Assembly (NCBI GenBank): GCA_038215455.1
Contig: JBBQQW010000002.1
Coordinates: 1-38,340, forward strand
From: Armatimonadota bacterium
GTDB taxonomy: Bacteria; Armatimonadota; Hebobacteria; CAIYQO01
Length of the DNA stretch: 38,340 nt
Reading direction: 5' to 3'
This document shows, piece by piece, positions 7,723 to 15,863 of the stretch (within the stretch, counting starts at the first letter, position 1; every line of letters starts with the position of its first letter). Both the position numbers and the translations under genes were made by a program. The notes beneath the pieces were generated by a model that was not told where the DNA came from, did not search any database, and saw nothing but the letters and a program-made list of their open reading frames with translations.

Positions 7723-9756
7723 ATGAACGAAAACTACGACGTAATAATAATCGGCGGCGGGCACGCCGGGTGCGAGGCGGCGCTGGCGACGGCGCGGCGC
7801 GGCTTCTCCACACTAATGCTGGCCATCCGGCTGGAGCGCGTGGCGCACCTGCCGTGCAACTGCAGCGTGGGCGGCCCGGCCAAGGCACAGCTGGTGCGCG
7901 AGATGGCGGCGCTGGGCGGGGCCATGCCATATATCGCGGATGCCGCGGTGACGCATGTGCGCATGCTCAACACCGGCAAAGGCCCGGCGGTGCAGGCGAT
8001 CCGGATGCAGGTGGACAAAACGCGCTACCCGCAACTGATGCGCGCGGTACTGGAGGCGGAGCCGAACCTGACCCTGCGCGAGGGCGAGGCGGTGGGGTTG
8101 CAGACCGCTGACGGCACGGTAACGGGAGTGACACTGGCCGACGGCAGCGCGATCGGCGCGCGTGCGGTGATCCTCACCACCGGCACCTTCCTCAACGGTG
8201 TCACCTTCATCGGCGACCAGACGAAACCCGAGGGGCGCTGTGGCGAGCCACCGGCGACCAAACTATCGGAAGGATTACGCGCCGTCGGGCTGCGCCTGGG
8301 ACGCCTGAAGACCGGCACCACCCCGCGCCTGCGCGCTGACAGCATTGATTACACCGTCTGCGAGGTGCAACCCTCGGCGGAGGCGCCGCTGCAGTTTCAG
8401 TTTGGCTGGCAGCGACCTAACCCTCTATCGAATATAAGTTCCAAGTTCCAAGTTCCAAGTTCCAAGGCCAGTAGTCCGCCGTTCACGGCTGGGCGGAACG
8501 CAGACGACCTCGAACACGACAAACCACCATTGGAATTTGGAATTTGGAATTTGGAATTTGGAGCTACATTCGTCGGGAGGTCAGGCCTACCCTGCCACAT
8601 CACCTACACCACGCCGGAGACGCATGAGATCATCCGGCGCAATCTGCAACTATCGGCGTTGTATGGTGGGCTGATCACCGGGCGCGGGCCGCGCTATTGC
8701 CCGTCGATTGAGGATAAAGTGGTGCGCTTCGCCGAACGCGAGCGGCACCAGATCTTTCTCGAGCACGAGGGGTGGGACTCCGAGCTAGTCTACCCGATGG
8801 GCATCAGCACCAGCCTGCCGCTCTATGTGCAGCAGGAGTTCCTGCACAGCATCCCTGGGCTGGAGCAGGCGGTGATAGTGCAGCCGGGCTATGCGGTAGA
8901 GTACGATTTTATCCCGCCGGAGCAACTGCGGCCTTCCTTGGAGACCAAAGCGGTGCAGGGATTATTCAGTGCCGGGCAGCTTAACGGCACCAGCGGCTAC
9001 GAGGAGGCGGCGGCGCAGGGGCTGCTGGCGGGGATCAACGCCGGGCAATATCTGCGCGGCGAGGAACCACTGATATTACGCCGCGACCAGGCGTTCCTCG
9101 GGGTGCTGGTGGATGACCTGGTGAGCAGCGGCACCGAGGAGCCGTACCGCATGCTCACCTCGCGCGCGGAGCACCGGCTACTGCTGCGCCAGGACAACGC
9201 CGACCTGCGCCTGACGGATATCGGCCACGCGCTGGGGCTGGTGGACGAGGATGATTACGCGCGTTTCTGCGCCAAACGTGCCTCCATTGACGCGGAACTA
9301 CTCCGCCTGCAGGCATTATCCCCCGGCGACGCCGGCGTGGACGGCGCGGGGCTGGCCAACGCGGAAGAGTGGCTACGCCGCCCGGAATCATCATATAATG
9401 AGCTGCGCCCGGCGGATATGGACGAAGAAGTAGCGGAACAGGTGGAAATAACGGTAAAATATGCCGGGTACATCGCGCGGCAACGCAAGCAGGTGGCGCA
9501 ACAGCTACGACTGGAGTTCCGCACCCTGTCGCCAGAGATCGACTACCGCAGCATCCGCGCCCTCTCACGCGAAGGAGCAGAGAAGCTGGCACGCGTGCAA
9601 CCATTGACGGTTGGGCAAGCGGCACGCATCAGCGGCGTCACTCCGGCGGATATCTCGATACTGCTGGTGTGGCTACGCGCACACGAAGTAAAAGATGTTT
9701 CACGTGAAACACCTAACCCCCGCCCCCTTCCCCGCGAGGGAAGGTGTGCTGACTGA
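7723..9756 (+). CDS. mnmG: tRNA uridine-5-carboxymethylaminomethyl(34) synthesis enzyme MnmG (GidA), carrying an internal in-frame repeat insertion and a repeat-encoded C-terminal tail
   Basis: 677 aa. FAD motif DVIIIGGGHAGCEAALA; RLKTGTTPR; GPRYCPSIEDKVVRF; GYAVEYDF; AGQLNGTSGYEEAAAQGLLAGINA; C-terminal ARISGVTPADISILLVWL. Confidence 0.95.
   Translation: MNENYDVIIIGGGHAGCEAALATARRGFSTLMLAIRLERVAHLPCNCSVGGPAKAQLVREMAALGGAMPYIADAAVTHVRMLNTGKGPAVQAIRMQVDKTRYPQLMRAVLEAEPNLTLREGEAVGLQTADGTVTGVTLADGSAIGARAVILTTGTFLNGVTFIGDQTKPEGRCGEPPATKLSEGLRAVGLRLGRLKTGTTPRLRADSIDYTVCEVQPSAEAPLQFQFGWQRPNPLSNISSKFQVPSSKASSPPFTAGRNADDLEHDKPPLEFGIWNLEFGATFVGRSGLPCHITYTTPETHEIIRRNLQLSALYGGLITGRGPRYCPSIEDKVVRFAERERHQIFLEHEGWDSELVYPMGISTSLPLYVQQEFLHSIPGLEQAVIVQPGYAVEYDFIPPEQLRPSLETKAVQGLFSAGQLNGTSGYEEAAAQGLLAGINAGQYLRGEEPLILRRDQAFLGVLVDDLVSSGTEEPYRMLTSRAEHRLLLRQDNADLRLTDIGHALGLVDEDDYARFCAKRASIDAELLRLQALSPGDAGVDGAGLANAEEWLRRPESSYNELRPADMDEEVAEQVEITVKYAGYIARQRKQVAQQLRLEFRTLSPEIDYRSIRALSREGAEKLARVQPLTVGQAARISGVTPADISILLVWLRAHEVKDVSRETPNPRPLPREGRCAD
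8416..8585 (+). repeat. ~170-nt imperfect palindromic repeat element inside the mnmG ORF (in frame, no stop)
   Basis: The arms cctaaccctctatcgaatata (8416-8436) and ctacattcgtcgggaggtcagg (8564-8585) form an imperfect inverted repeat. (AGTTCCA)x4 at 8437-8464 faces (TTGGAAT)x4 at 8530-8557. The core tccgccgttcacggctgggcgga (8475-8497) shares cgttcacggctgggcg with the intergenic repeats at 505-520, 19848-19863 and 29699-29714. Confidence 0.8.
9696..9711. promoter_or_regulatory. parS centromere-like site (perfect 16-mer palindrome)
   Basis: TGTTTCACGTGAAACA matches the widely conserved ParB/Spo0J binding consensus. It lies within the last codons of mnmG, about 1.2 kb upstream of parA. Confidence 0.85.
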
Positions 9757-9820
9757 ATGGTAATGAATTAAAAACGACCTTGCTCCCCCTTCCGCGCCGG
9801 GAAGGGGACGGGGGTTAGGT
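9712..9820. repeat. Family B double-hairpin repeat (copy 1)
   Basis: cctaacccccgcccccttccccgcgagggaagg...aaaaacgacc..ctcccccttccgcgccgggaagggg.cgggggttagg. Outer inverted termini cctaaccccc/gggggttagg enclose two ccccttccc-loop-gggaagggg hairpins. Other copies: 14668-14804, 27464-27575, and a partial copy at 19661-19736. Confidence 0.8.
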
Positions 9821-9868
9821 AACTCGGGGCACACGCCCCAAGCAGAGATAGGAAATAGGTAACACACT

Positions 9869-10609
9869 ATGACATGGCAGGAAATTTTAGCTGGCGCGGT
9901 CGCCGAGCTGGGGCTGAAGCCGCTGACGCCGGGGCAAGTGGCGGACTTTGAGCATTTAATCGCGTTGGTGCAGAAGTGGAACGCGGAGATGAATCTCACC
10001 ACCATCATCGGTGCCGACGAGATCGCGCGCAAGCACATCCTCGACTCGCTGACGGTGGAGCTGGTGTGGCGTGCGAAGGAGGGGGAGCGCGTTATCGACA
10101 TCGGTTCCGGCGCGGGATTCCCCGGACTTCCGTTGGCGATTCGTCACCCGGAGCTGCAGTTCAGTATCAATGACGCCACCAAAAAGAAGACCGAGTATCT
10201 CGCCGAGGTGATCCGCGAGTTGTCGCTGGAGAACGCCAGCGAGCTGTGGGGGCGTGCCGAGGAGCTGGGGCGGGGCGAGTGGCGCAACAAATACCACGTG
10301 GTCACCGCGCGCGCGCTGGCGCACCTGGGAACACTGGCGGAGTACGCGTTGCCACTGCTGAAGATGGACGGTTTCCTCGTCGCTATGAAAGGCCCCAGCG
10401 GCATAGAAGAGGTGCGCGATGCCGCTCCGGCGTTGAACTTCCTCGGTGGCAGAATCCACGACATCAAGCACATTGACCTCCCGGGCGTCGGCGAACGGCT
10501 GCTGATCGTGGTGAAGAAGGTGCGCCCCACCCCCGGCGGCTACCCACGTAATGCCGGACAGATGAAAAGGAAGCCGTTATTTGAGGACAATAGAGCGGGA
10601 CGTGGATAA
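9869..10609 (+). CDS. rsmG: 16S rRNA (guanine527-N7)-methyltransferase RsmG (GidB)
   Basis: 246 aa. SAM motif VIDIGSGAGFPGLPLAI; the KW/NxxxNLT block (LVQKWNAEMNLT); conserved position directly after mnmG. Confidence 0.93.
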   Translation: MTWQEILAGAVAELGLKPLTPGQVADFEHLIALVQKWNAEMNLTTIIGADEIARKHILDSLTVELVWRAKEGERVIDIGSGAGFPGLPLAIRHPELQFSINDATKKKTEYLAEVIRELSLENASELWGRAEELGRGEWRNKYHVVTARALAHLGTLAEYALPLLKMDGFLVAMKGPSGIEEVRDAAPALNFLGGRIHDIKHIDLPGVGERLLIVVKKVRPTPGGYPRNAGQMKRKPLFEDNRAGRG

Positions 10610-10776
10610 TTTGGCCTTTGGGTTTGGATTTGATGTCTGGAAAGATGCCACGGCCCGCAAAGCGGTTTTTATGCCCGAAAATTCGAGGCTAAATCGCACA
10701 GAATGCCCGGTACGGGCTAAGTCGGGGGTAAGTGTAGGTTTTATACCTCCGGAATGTGCTATGGAGGGGCGATTGT

Positions 10777-10803
10777 GCCATGGGCGTCCCGCCCATGAGA
10801 ACG
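10777..10803. repeat. Single family-D-type hairpin (gccatgggcg-tcc-cgcccatgagaacg)
   Basis: The same catgggcg...cgcccatgagaacg unit recurs at 22061-22094, 22355-22383 (inverted) and 38262-38310. Confidence 0.5.
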
Positions 10804-10906
10804 ATGCCCGATCACCACGCGCTGAACCATTTATTTATGTAGCGCCCTTTAGGGTGCTTGATCATATAGCCACATCCTTTAGGGCGTGGTGGGGAAACAG
10901 AATCAC

Positions 10907-11665
10907 ATGACAAAAACTTTAGCAATTTTTAATCAAAAAGGTGGCGTTGGCAAGACTACCACGGCAGTGAACCTGGCGGCGGGGCTGGCGGGGGTGGGGA
11001 AGCGCGTGCTGCTCGTGGACCTGGACCCGCAGGGGAACGCTACCACCGGGCTGGGGGTGACGAAGTCGGCGCTGGCGCTCACCATCTACGACGTGCTCCT
11101 CGGCGAGGCGACGTGGGCGGAGGCGCGCGTGGCCACCGTGGTGCTCAACCTCGATATCCTGCCCGCCACACTGGATCTGGCCGGAGCGGTGGTGGAGATG
11201 GCCGGGCTACCGCAGCGCGAGGAGCGGCTGAAAATGGGGCTGGCCGGCACTACCGAGTATGATTTCATCATCATCGACACCCCGCCCTCCCTTGGATTAC
11301 TGCCCATCAACTGCCTGGCGGCCTCCGACGGGGTGATCATCCCCATGCAGGCGGAGTTCTTCGCGCTGGAGGGGCTGGCGCAGATCGAACACACGGTGCG
11401 GCTGGTGAAACGCGGGTTAAACCCGAGCCTGTCGATCTTCGGCGTACTACTCACCATGGTCGACTTGCGCGCCAAGCTCTTCACCGATGTCATTCGCTCG
11501 GTAAGACAACAGTACGGCACGCAGGTCTTCCGCACCGAGATACCCCGCACGGTGCGCTTCGCGGAGGCCCCGAGTTACGGCGAAACCATCTACAAATTTG
11601 ACCCCAAAGGGAAGGGAGCGCGCGCCTACACGGCGCTGACGCAGGAGGTATTGGCGCGATGTTAA
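10907..11665 (+). CDS. parA: Chromosome partitioning ATPase ParA (Soj)
   Basis: Deviant Walker A FNQKGGVGKTTTAVNLAAGLA; DLDPQGNAT; IIIDTPPSLG. I prefer the ATG at 10907 (MTKTLAIFNQKGG...) over the GTG at 10886 given in the ORF track. Confidence 0.93.
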   Translation: MTKTLAIFNQKGGVGKTTTAVNLAAGLAGVGKRVLLVDLDPQGNATTGLGVTKSALALTIYDVLLGEATWAEARVATVVLNLDILPATLDLAGAVVEMAGLPQREERLKMGLAGTTEYDFIIIDTPPSLGLLPINCLAASDGVIIPMQAEFFALEGLAQIEHTVRLVKRGLNPSLSIFGVLLTMVDLRAKLFTDVIRSVRQQYGTQVFRTEIPRTVRFAEAPSYGETIYKFDPKGKGARAYTALTQEVLARC

Positions 11666-12504
11666 ACAAACGACGTAGTGGGCTGGGGGCGCTCATCCCC
11701 GGTGCTGGGCTGGCCGATGCCGGTGCCGCACAGCTGGCCCCGGTGATCCAGATCGCCGTCAACCCCTATCAGCCACGGCGTACCTTCGCCCCCGAGGCGT
11801 TGAACGAACTGGCCGATTCCATCCGCCGTCACGGCATATTGCAGCCACTCACCGTGCGCTCGCGCCCCGGCGGTTTCGAGTTGATCGCCGGCGAGCGCCG
11901 CCTGCAGGCCTCACGCCTGGTGGGGCTGGCGGAGGTGCCGGTGATCGTGCGCGAGTGCAGCGACGAGGAGATGCTGGCGCTGGCGCTGGTGGAGAACGTG
12001 CAACGCGAAGACCTGAACGCCATGGAGGCGGCGCACTCCTACCGGCAACTGATGGATGAATTCAAGCTCTCGCAGACCGAGGTGGCGGAGCTGGTGGGCA
12101 AAAACCGCACCACCGTCTCCAACACCATACGCCTGCTGGCGCTGCCCGTCGCGATACAGCAGGGGGTGCATGACTGCGCCATCAGCGAAGGCCACGCCCG
12201 CACACTGCTGGCGGTGGAGGATGAGACGAAGCGGAATGCGCTCTATAAGATGGTAGTGGAGAAGGGCCTCTCGGTGCGCGCACTGGAGGAGCTGGTACAC
12301 CCCGCCCCGCGCCAAACCGCGCGCCGCAAGGTAGCCCCGGCAATCGACGCCAACCTGGAGTTCCTGCAGGATGAGCTGCAATGCCGGCTGGGAATGCGCG
12401 TAACCTTCAAAACGGGGGCAAACCCCAGCAAAGGGACGCTGGAGATAGAATACTACTCCCCGGAAGACCTGGAGCAGATATATCAGGCGTTAATTAAGGA
12501 CTAG
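11659..12504 (+). CDS. parB: Chromosome partitioning protein ParB (Spo0J)
   Basis: 281 aa. ParB box GILQPLTVR...FELIAGERRLQASRLVGL; VPVIVRE; ALVENVQREDLNAMEAA; HTH QTEVAELVGKNRTTVSNTIRLL. It overlaps the parA stop by 7 nt. Confidence 0.93.
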   Translation: MLNKRRSGLGALIPGAGLADAGAAQLAPVIQIAVNPYQPRRTFAPEALNELADSIRRHGILQPLTVRSRPGGFELIAGERRLQASRLVGLAEVPVIVRECSDEEMLALALVENVQREDLNAMEAAHSYRQLMDEFKLSQTEVAELVGKNRTTVSNTIRLLALPVAIQQGVHDCAISEGHARTLLAVEDETKRNALYKMVVEKGLSVRALEELVHPAPRQTARRKVAPAIDANLEFLQDELQCRLGMRVTFKTGANPSKGTLEIEYYSPEDLEQIYQALIKD

Positions 12505-12519
12505 GTTTCACGTGAAACA
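12504..12519. promoter_or_regulatory. parS site (15/16 match to consensus)
   Basis: GGTTTCACGTGAAACA begins on the last base of the parB stop codon. Confidence 0.8.
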
Positions 12520-12698
12520 GGATTAAGATGCTTGAGTTTCATTGGTGATTATTACGAGAACAAAGGGTTGGGCTTTGATGAATAAATTCCCCTCCGTGGA
12601 GGGGTGCCCGAAGGGCGGGGTGGTTCTTCGTCGCATATCAAAGCTAAAACCGAAACCAGGGAAAGATGTACCCTATTGCACACCAAACGCGAATCTTC

Positions 12699-12707
12699 TG
12701 TTATAAT
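12699..12707 (+). promoter_or_regulatory. Extended -10 element (TGTTATAAT) upstream of the 291-aa gene
   Basis: TGnTATAAT lies 50 nt upstream of the ATG at 12757. GGAGG SD at 12744-12748. Confidence 0.4.
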
Positions 12708-12756
12708 TCACCCGTGCGGGTTCGCTAATACCGCACCTTAGAATGGAGGCTTAAAT

Positions 12757-13632
12757 ATGAAGAAAAACTTGTATGCGCTGTTGGCGCTGCTGTTGCTGTT
12801 CTTTGCTTACGGAATGGCTACGGCGCAGACGATCACTCCGCCGCGTCCGGCACCGATGACCTTCGCGGAGCAGATGAAGGTGATGCCGATGGCGGTCAAG
12901 GGTGGGGATGTCGTCGCGGTGCCGCTTTCCTGGCTGGCGGACTGGATGGGCTGCACGCTCACCACCACCACCCCCGCGGACACCACTGGGCCGAAGGGCG
13001 AGGTGATACCCGCGGTTCCCAACAGCGTCTTCACTCTGGCGGGTGCCGGGCACACGATTGTGTTGACCGCTGGTACCGACGCAGCCGAGCTCGATACCTA
13101 CAAAATCCGCGTGCTCGCCAACGTTAACGTGGTAGAAGGGGTACCTTTCGTCTCCGCGAAGAGCATCATGGACGCCTTTGAGATGCAGTACGCTTTGAAC
13201 GTGTCACCGCCGGCGGCACTGACACTCACTAACCCGAAGACGAAAGCGGAGATAAAAATTCCGGTCTATGACCTGGATTTACGCAATCAGGTGGAGTCTA
13301 CGGTCATCCAACTGGAGATCATCCGTGCCGCAATTAAGAAATACCGCGCTGATCTGGGCTTTTACCCGGCATTGCTGGTGGACATGGTCTGGTACCTGCC
13401 CGACAAACCCGCCGCCGGCCCACATGGCGAAGCCGTCCCCAAGGGTGCCTACAAGGGACCGTACCTGCCCGGCAATACCGGCATCGATGGTTCGGGGATA
13501 CCGAAAAACCCGTTTGTTGCCGCTAATGACACGCGCAATGAAGCGCACTGGCTCTATGACCCCGAGACCGGGACGATTAAAAGTACGCCCAATTTCGCCA
13601 CCCCCGACGGGCCGGATATATGGACGCGATAA
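12757..13632 (+). CDS. Secreted protein: copper-amine-oxidase-N-terminal-like 'stalk' domain + GspG (type II pseudopilin)-like globular domain
   Basis: Signal peptide MKKNLYALLALLLLFFAYGMATAQ. The VAVPLSWLADWMGC...VPFVSAKSIMDAFEM pattern is typical of Cu_amine_oxidN1-like domains. The C-terminus AAIKKYRADLGFYPALL...YKGPYLPG...IPKNPF...WLYDPETGTI resembles the T2SS GspG globular domain. Confidence 0.6.
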   Translation: MKKNLYALLALLLLFFAYGMATAQTITPPRPAPMTFAEQMKVMPMAVKGGDVVAVPLSWLADWMGCTLTTTTPADTTGPKGEVIPAVPNSVFTLAGAGHTIVLTAGTDAAELDTYKIRVLANVNVVEGVPFVSAKSIMDAFEMQYALNVSPPAALTLTNPKTKAEIKIPVYDLDLRNQVESTVIQLEIIRAAIKKYRADLGFYPALLVDMVWYLPDKPAAGPHGEAVPKGAYKGPYLPGNTGIDGSGIPKNPFVAANDTRNEAHWLYDPETGTIKSTPNFATPDGPDIWTR

Positions 13633-13644
13633 GGAAATAATTCT

Positions 13645-14658
13645 ATGGCTGAACGTGTAATAGTAGTAGGTGCCGGTGGGATATCCGACGCCTGGTTCCC
13701 CCCGTTGATAGCCGAGGGGGTAGAGGTGGCCGCGGTGGTGGATCTGCGCCCGGAGTCGGCGCGGGCACAGCTGGAGAAATATCAGCTCACTGCGCCCGTT
13801 TTCGGCACGCTAAAGACCGCACTGCGTCAGGTTCAGGCGGACTTTCTCCTCGACCTCACCATCCCGGAGGCGCATTGTGGCGTCACCGTGGCGGCGCTGA
13901 AAGCCGGATTGCCCGTCATTGGCGAGAAGCCGATGGCGGCGAGCATGGCGGAGGCGCGCCGGATGGTGGCCGCTGCTGACCAGGCGGAACGCCGCTATAT
14001 GGTCAGCCAGTCGCGGCGCTGGGATATCCGGCATGACCGCGTGCGCCGCACCATCGCCAGCAAGGCACTGGGCGAGATCAACACTGTCAACTGCGACTTC
14101 TACCTGGGGGCGCATTTCGGTGGTTTCCGCGACGCCATGCCCTCCCCGCTCATCCTCGATATGGCGATACATCATTTCGACATGGCGCGCTTCTTCACCG
14201 GGCTGGATCCGGTGGCGGTCTACGCGCATGAGTATAACCCGCGCGGCTCCTGGTACGCTGGGGATGTCGCCGCAGTGTGCATCTTCGAGATGTCCAACGG
14301 TGCCATCTTCACCTACCGCGGCAGCTGGTGCGCCGAGGGCTGCCACACCTCGTGGAATGGCGACTGGCGCATCATCGGCGACCGTGGCACGCTCATCTAC
14401 GAACGCGATACCGACCCGCACGGGCAACTGGTCGCCGGGGACGAAGGCTTTCAGCGTCCACTGGCCGAGCTGACGGTGGCGGACAGCCCGCTGGAGTTCA
14501 CCGGCATGCGCGGTGCCCTGCGCGAGATGCTCGCCTACCTGCGCACCGGCGACAAACCGCAGACGGAATGCCACGACAATATCAACTCCCTCGCCATGGT
14601 CTTCGCCGCCATGGAAAGCGCCCGTAAAGGGAAAAGGGTGCTGGTGCGGGGAGTGTAA
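13645..14658 (+). CDS. Gfo/Idh/MocA family oxidoreductase
   Basis: 337 aa. N-terminal Rossmann motif VIVVGAGGISDAW; signature GEKPMAASMAEARRMV; C-terminal alpha/beta domain. Confidence 0.88.
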   Translation: MAERVIVVGAGGISDAWFPPLIAEGVEVAAVVDLRPESARAQLEKYQLTAPVFGTLKTALRQVQADFLLDLTIPEAHCGVTVAALKAGLPVIGEKPMAASMAEARRMVAAADQAERRYMVSQSRRWDIRHDRVRRTIASKALGEINTVNCDFYLGAHFGGFRDAMPSPLILDMAIHHFDMARFFTGLDPVAVYAHEYNPRGSWYAGDVAAVCIFEMSNGAIFTYRGSWCAEGCHTSWNGDWRIIGDRGTLIYERDTDPHGQLVAGDEGFQRPLAELTVADSPLEFTGMRGALREMLAYLRTGDKPQTECHDNINSLAMVFAAMESARKGKRVLVRGV

Positions 14659-14667
14659 GAAGGAATA

Positions 14668-14804
14668 CCTAACCCATATCCCCTTCCCTGCCATTCGGCA
14701 AGCTCATGATCTACGACGAGGGAAGGGGTGCCTATCCAATATCTACAATTGAAAAACGACCATGCTCCCCCTTCCCGCGCCGGGAAGGGGGCTGGGGGGT
14801 TAGG
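14668..14804. repeat. Family B double-hairpin repeat (copy 2; first hairpin loop enlarged)
   Basis: cctaaccc...ccccttccctgcc[30-nt extra loop]gagggaaggggtgcctatccaatatctacaattgaaaaacgaccatgctcccccttcccgcgccgggaagggggctggggggttagg. It starts 10 nt after the oxidoreductase stop. Confidence 0.8.
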
Positions 14805-14843
14805 TAATACCTGACCTCATCAAACTTAGAAAAGGAAAATATC

Positions 14844-15734
14844 ATGAACAACGAGAAAATTCGCATTGGCACCCTGGTTAACGCCAGTGCCAAGACTACG
14901 GAGTATATCCGTGAGATCCTGCCCTACGGCTTTGAGTCGTTCGAGCTGACCTTCTGGCAGAAGATGGGGCTGGATATCGTCCAGCTGGCCGAAGGCGTGA
15001 GGAAGGAGCTGGGCGACAGTGGGGCGATCATCAGCAGTATCGGGGTGTATGGCAATCCGCTGCTGGATAACGAAGAGGGTGCTGAGGCGCGCGCCGCCTG
15101 GGAGACGCTCATTGACAACGCCCATCTCTTCGGCTGCGACATCGTCTGCGGCTTCGCCGGGCGGGTGCTGAACGTCCCTATCCCGGAATCCATCCCCCGC
15201 TATGTGGAAGTCTTCACGCCGTTGGCGCAGCGCGCCGCGGACAAGGGCGTGCGGCTGGCTTTCGAGAACTGTGAGATGGGCGGCAATTGGAAAGCGGGCA
15301 ACTGGAATATCGCGCAGAACCCAGATGCCTGGGAGCTGATGTTCGACGCATTACCGGCGGAAAACATCGGGCTGGAGTGGGAGCCGTGCCACCAGATGAC
15401 CAAACTGATTGATCCTATCCCGCAACTGCGCAAATGGGTGAAGAAGATCTTCCACGTGCATGGCAAAGACGCCAGCATCATGTGGGACGTCATCAAAGAG
15501 CACGGCATCGGCGGCAGTGTGCCATTCGTCTACCACCGCACCCCCGGATTTGGCGATAGCAACTGGACGGACATCATCAGCATCCTGCGCCAGGGCGGGT
15601 TCACCGGCAGCATCGACATCGAGGGCTGGCATGATCCGGTCTATCGTGGCGAGCTGGAGATGCAGGGCCAGGTACGCGGAATGAACTACCTGAAAGCCTG
15701 CCGTGGTGGGGATTTCTACCCTAATCCGGCTTAG
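14844..15734 (+). CDS. Sugar phosphate isomerase/epimerase (xylose-isomerase-like TIM barrel)
   Basis: 296 aa. Family-typical blocks: RLAFENCEM, LEWEPCH, HVHGKD, SIDIEGWHD. Confidence 0.85.
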   Translation: MNNEKIRIGTLVNASAKTTEYIREILPYGFESFELTFWQKMGLDIVQLAEGVRKELGDSGAIISSIGVYGNPLLDNEEGAEARAAWETLIDNAHLFGCDIVCGFAGRVLNVPIPESIPRYVEVFTPLAQRAADKGVRLAFENCEMGGNWKAGNWNIAQNPDAWELMFDALPAENIGLEWEPCHQMTKLIDPIPQLRKWVKKIFHVHGKDASIMWDVIKEHGIGGSVPFVYHRTPGFGDSNWTDIISILRQGGFTGSIDIEGWHDPVYRGELEMQGQVRGMNYLKACRGGDFYPNPA

Positions 15735-15788
15735 TTTTTCCCTGTAGGGCAATATTGTCGTATATTGTTACCATAGATGTATGGTGAA

Positions 15789-15797
15789 TGGTATAAT
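15789..15797 (+). promoter_or_regulatory. Extended -10 element (TGGTATAAT) upstream of the 88-aa gene
   Basis: A perfect TGnTATAAT lies ~67 nt upstream of the ATG at 15864. Strong SD GGAGGAGG at 15851-15858. Confidence 0.45.
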
Positions 15798-15863
15798 ATT
15801 CGTGTTATGCTGATGCATGAGGCGGTCTCTCCGCTGATTATTTAACAAACGGAGGAGGTATAT

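Noticed and set aside
8437-8557. Heptamer arrays and the many short repeats as a CRISPR array.
   Set aside because: These are inverted rather than direct repeats, and the units are 7 nt long without spacers. The dispersed families lack regular repeat-spacer periodicity, and no cas genes are present.
8416-8585. Intein or self-splicing intron as the explanation for the extra segment in mnmG.
   Set aside because: The ~56 codons are far too short for an intein and lack the Cys/Ser...HN junction residues. There are no group I/II intron hallmarks, and the segment stays in frame. Similarity to the intergenic repeats explains it better.
10581-10910. 109-aa ORF in the rsmG-parA intergenic region.
   Set aside because: It overlaps the rsmG 3' end and the parA start and contains a family D hairpin. 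It has no SD and no motif, so it is most likely non-coding spacer.
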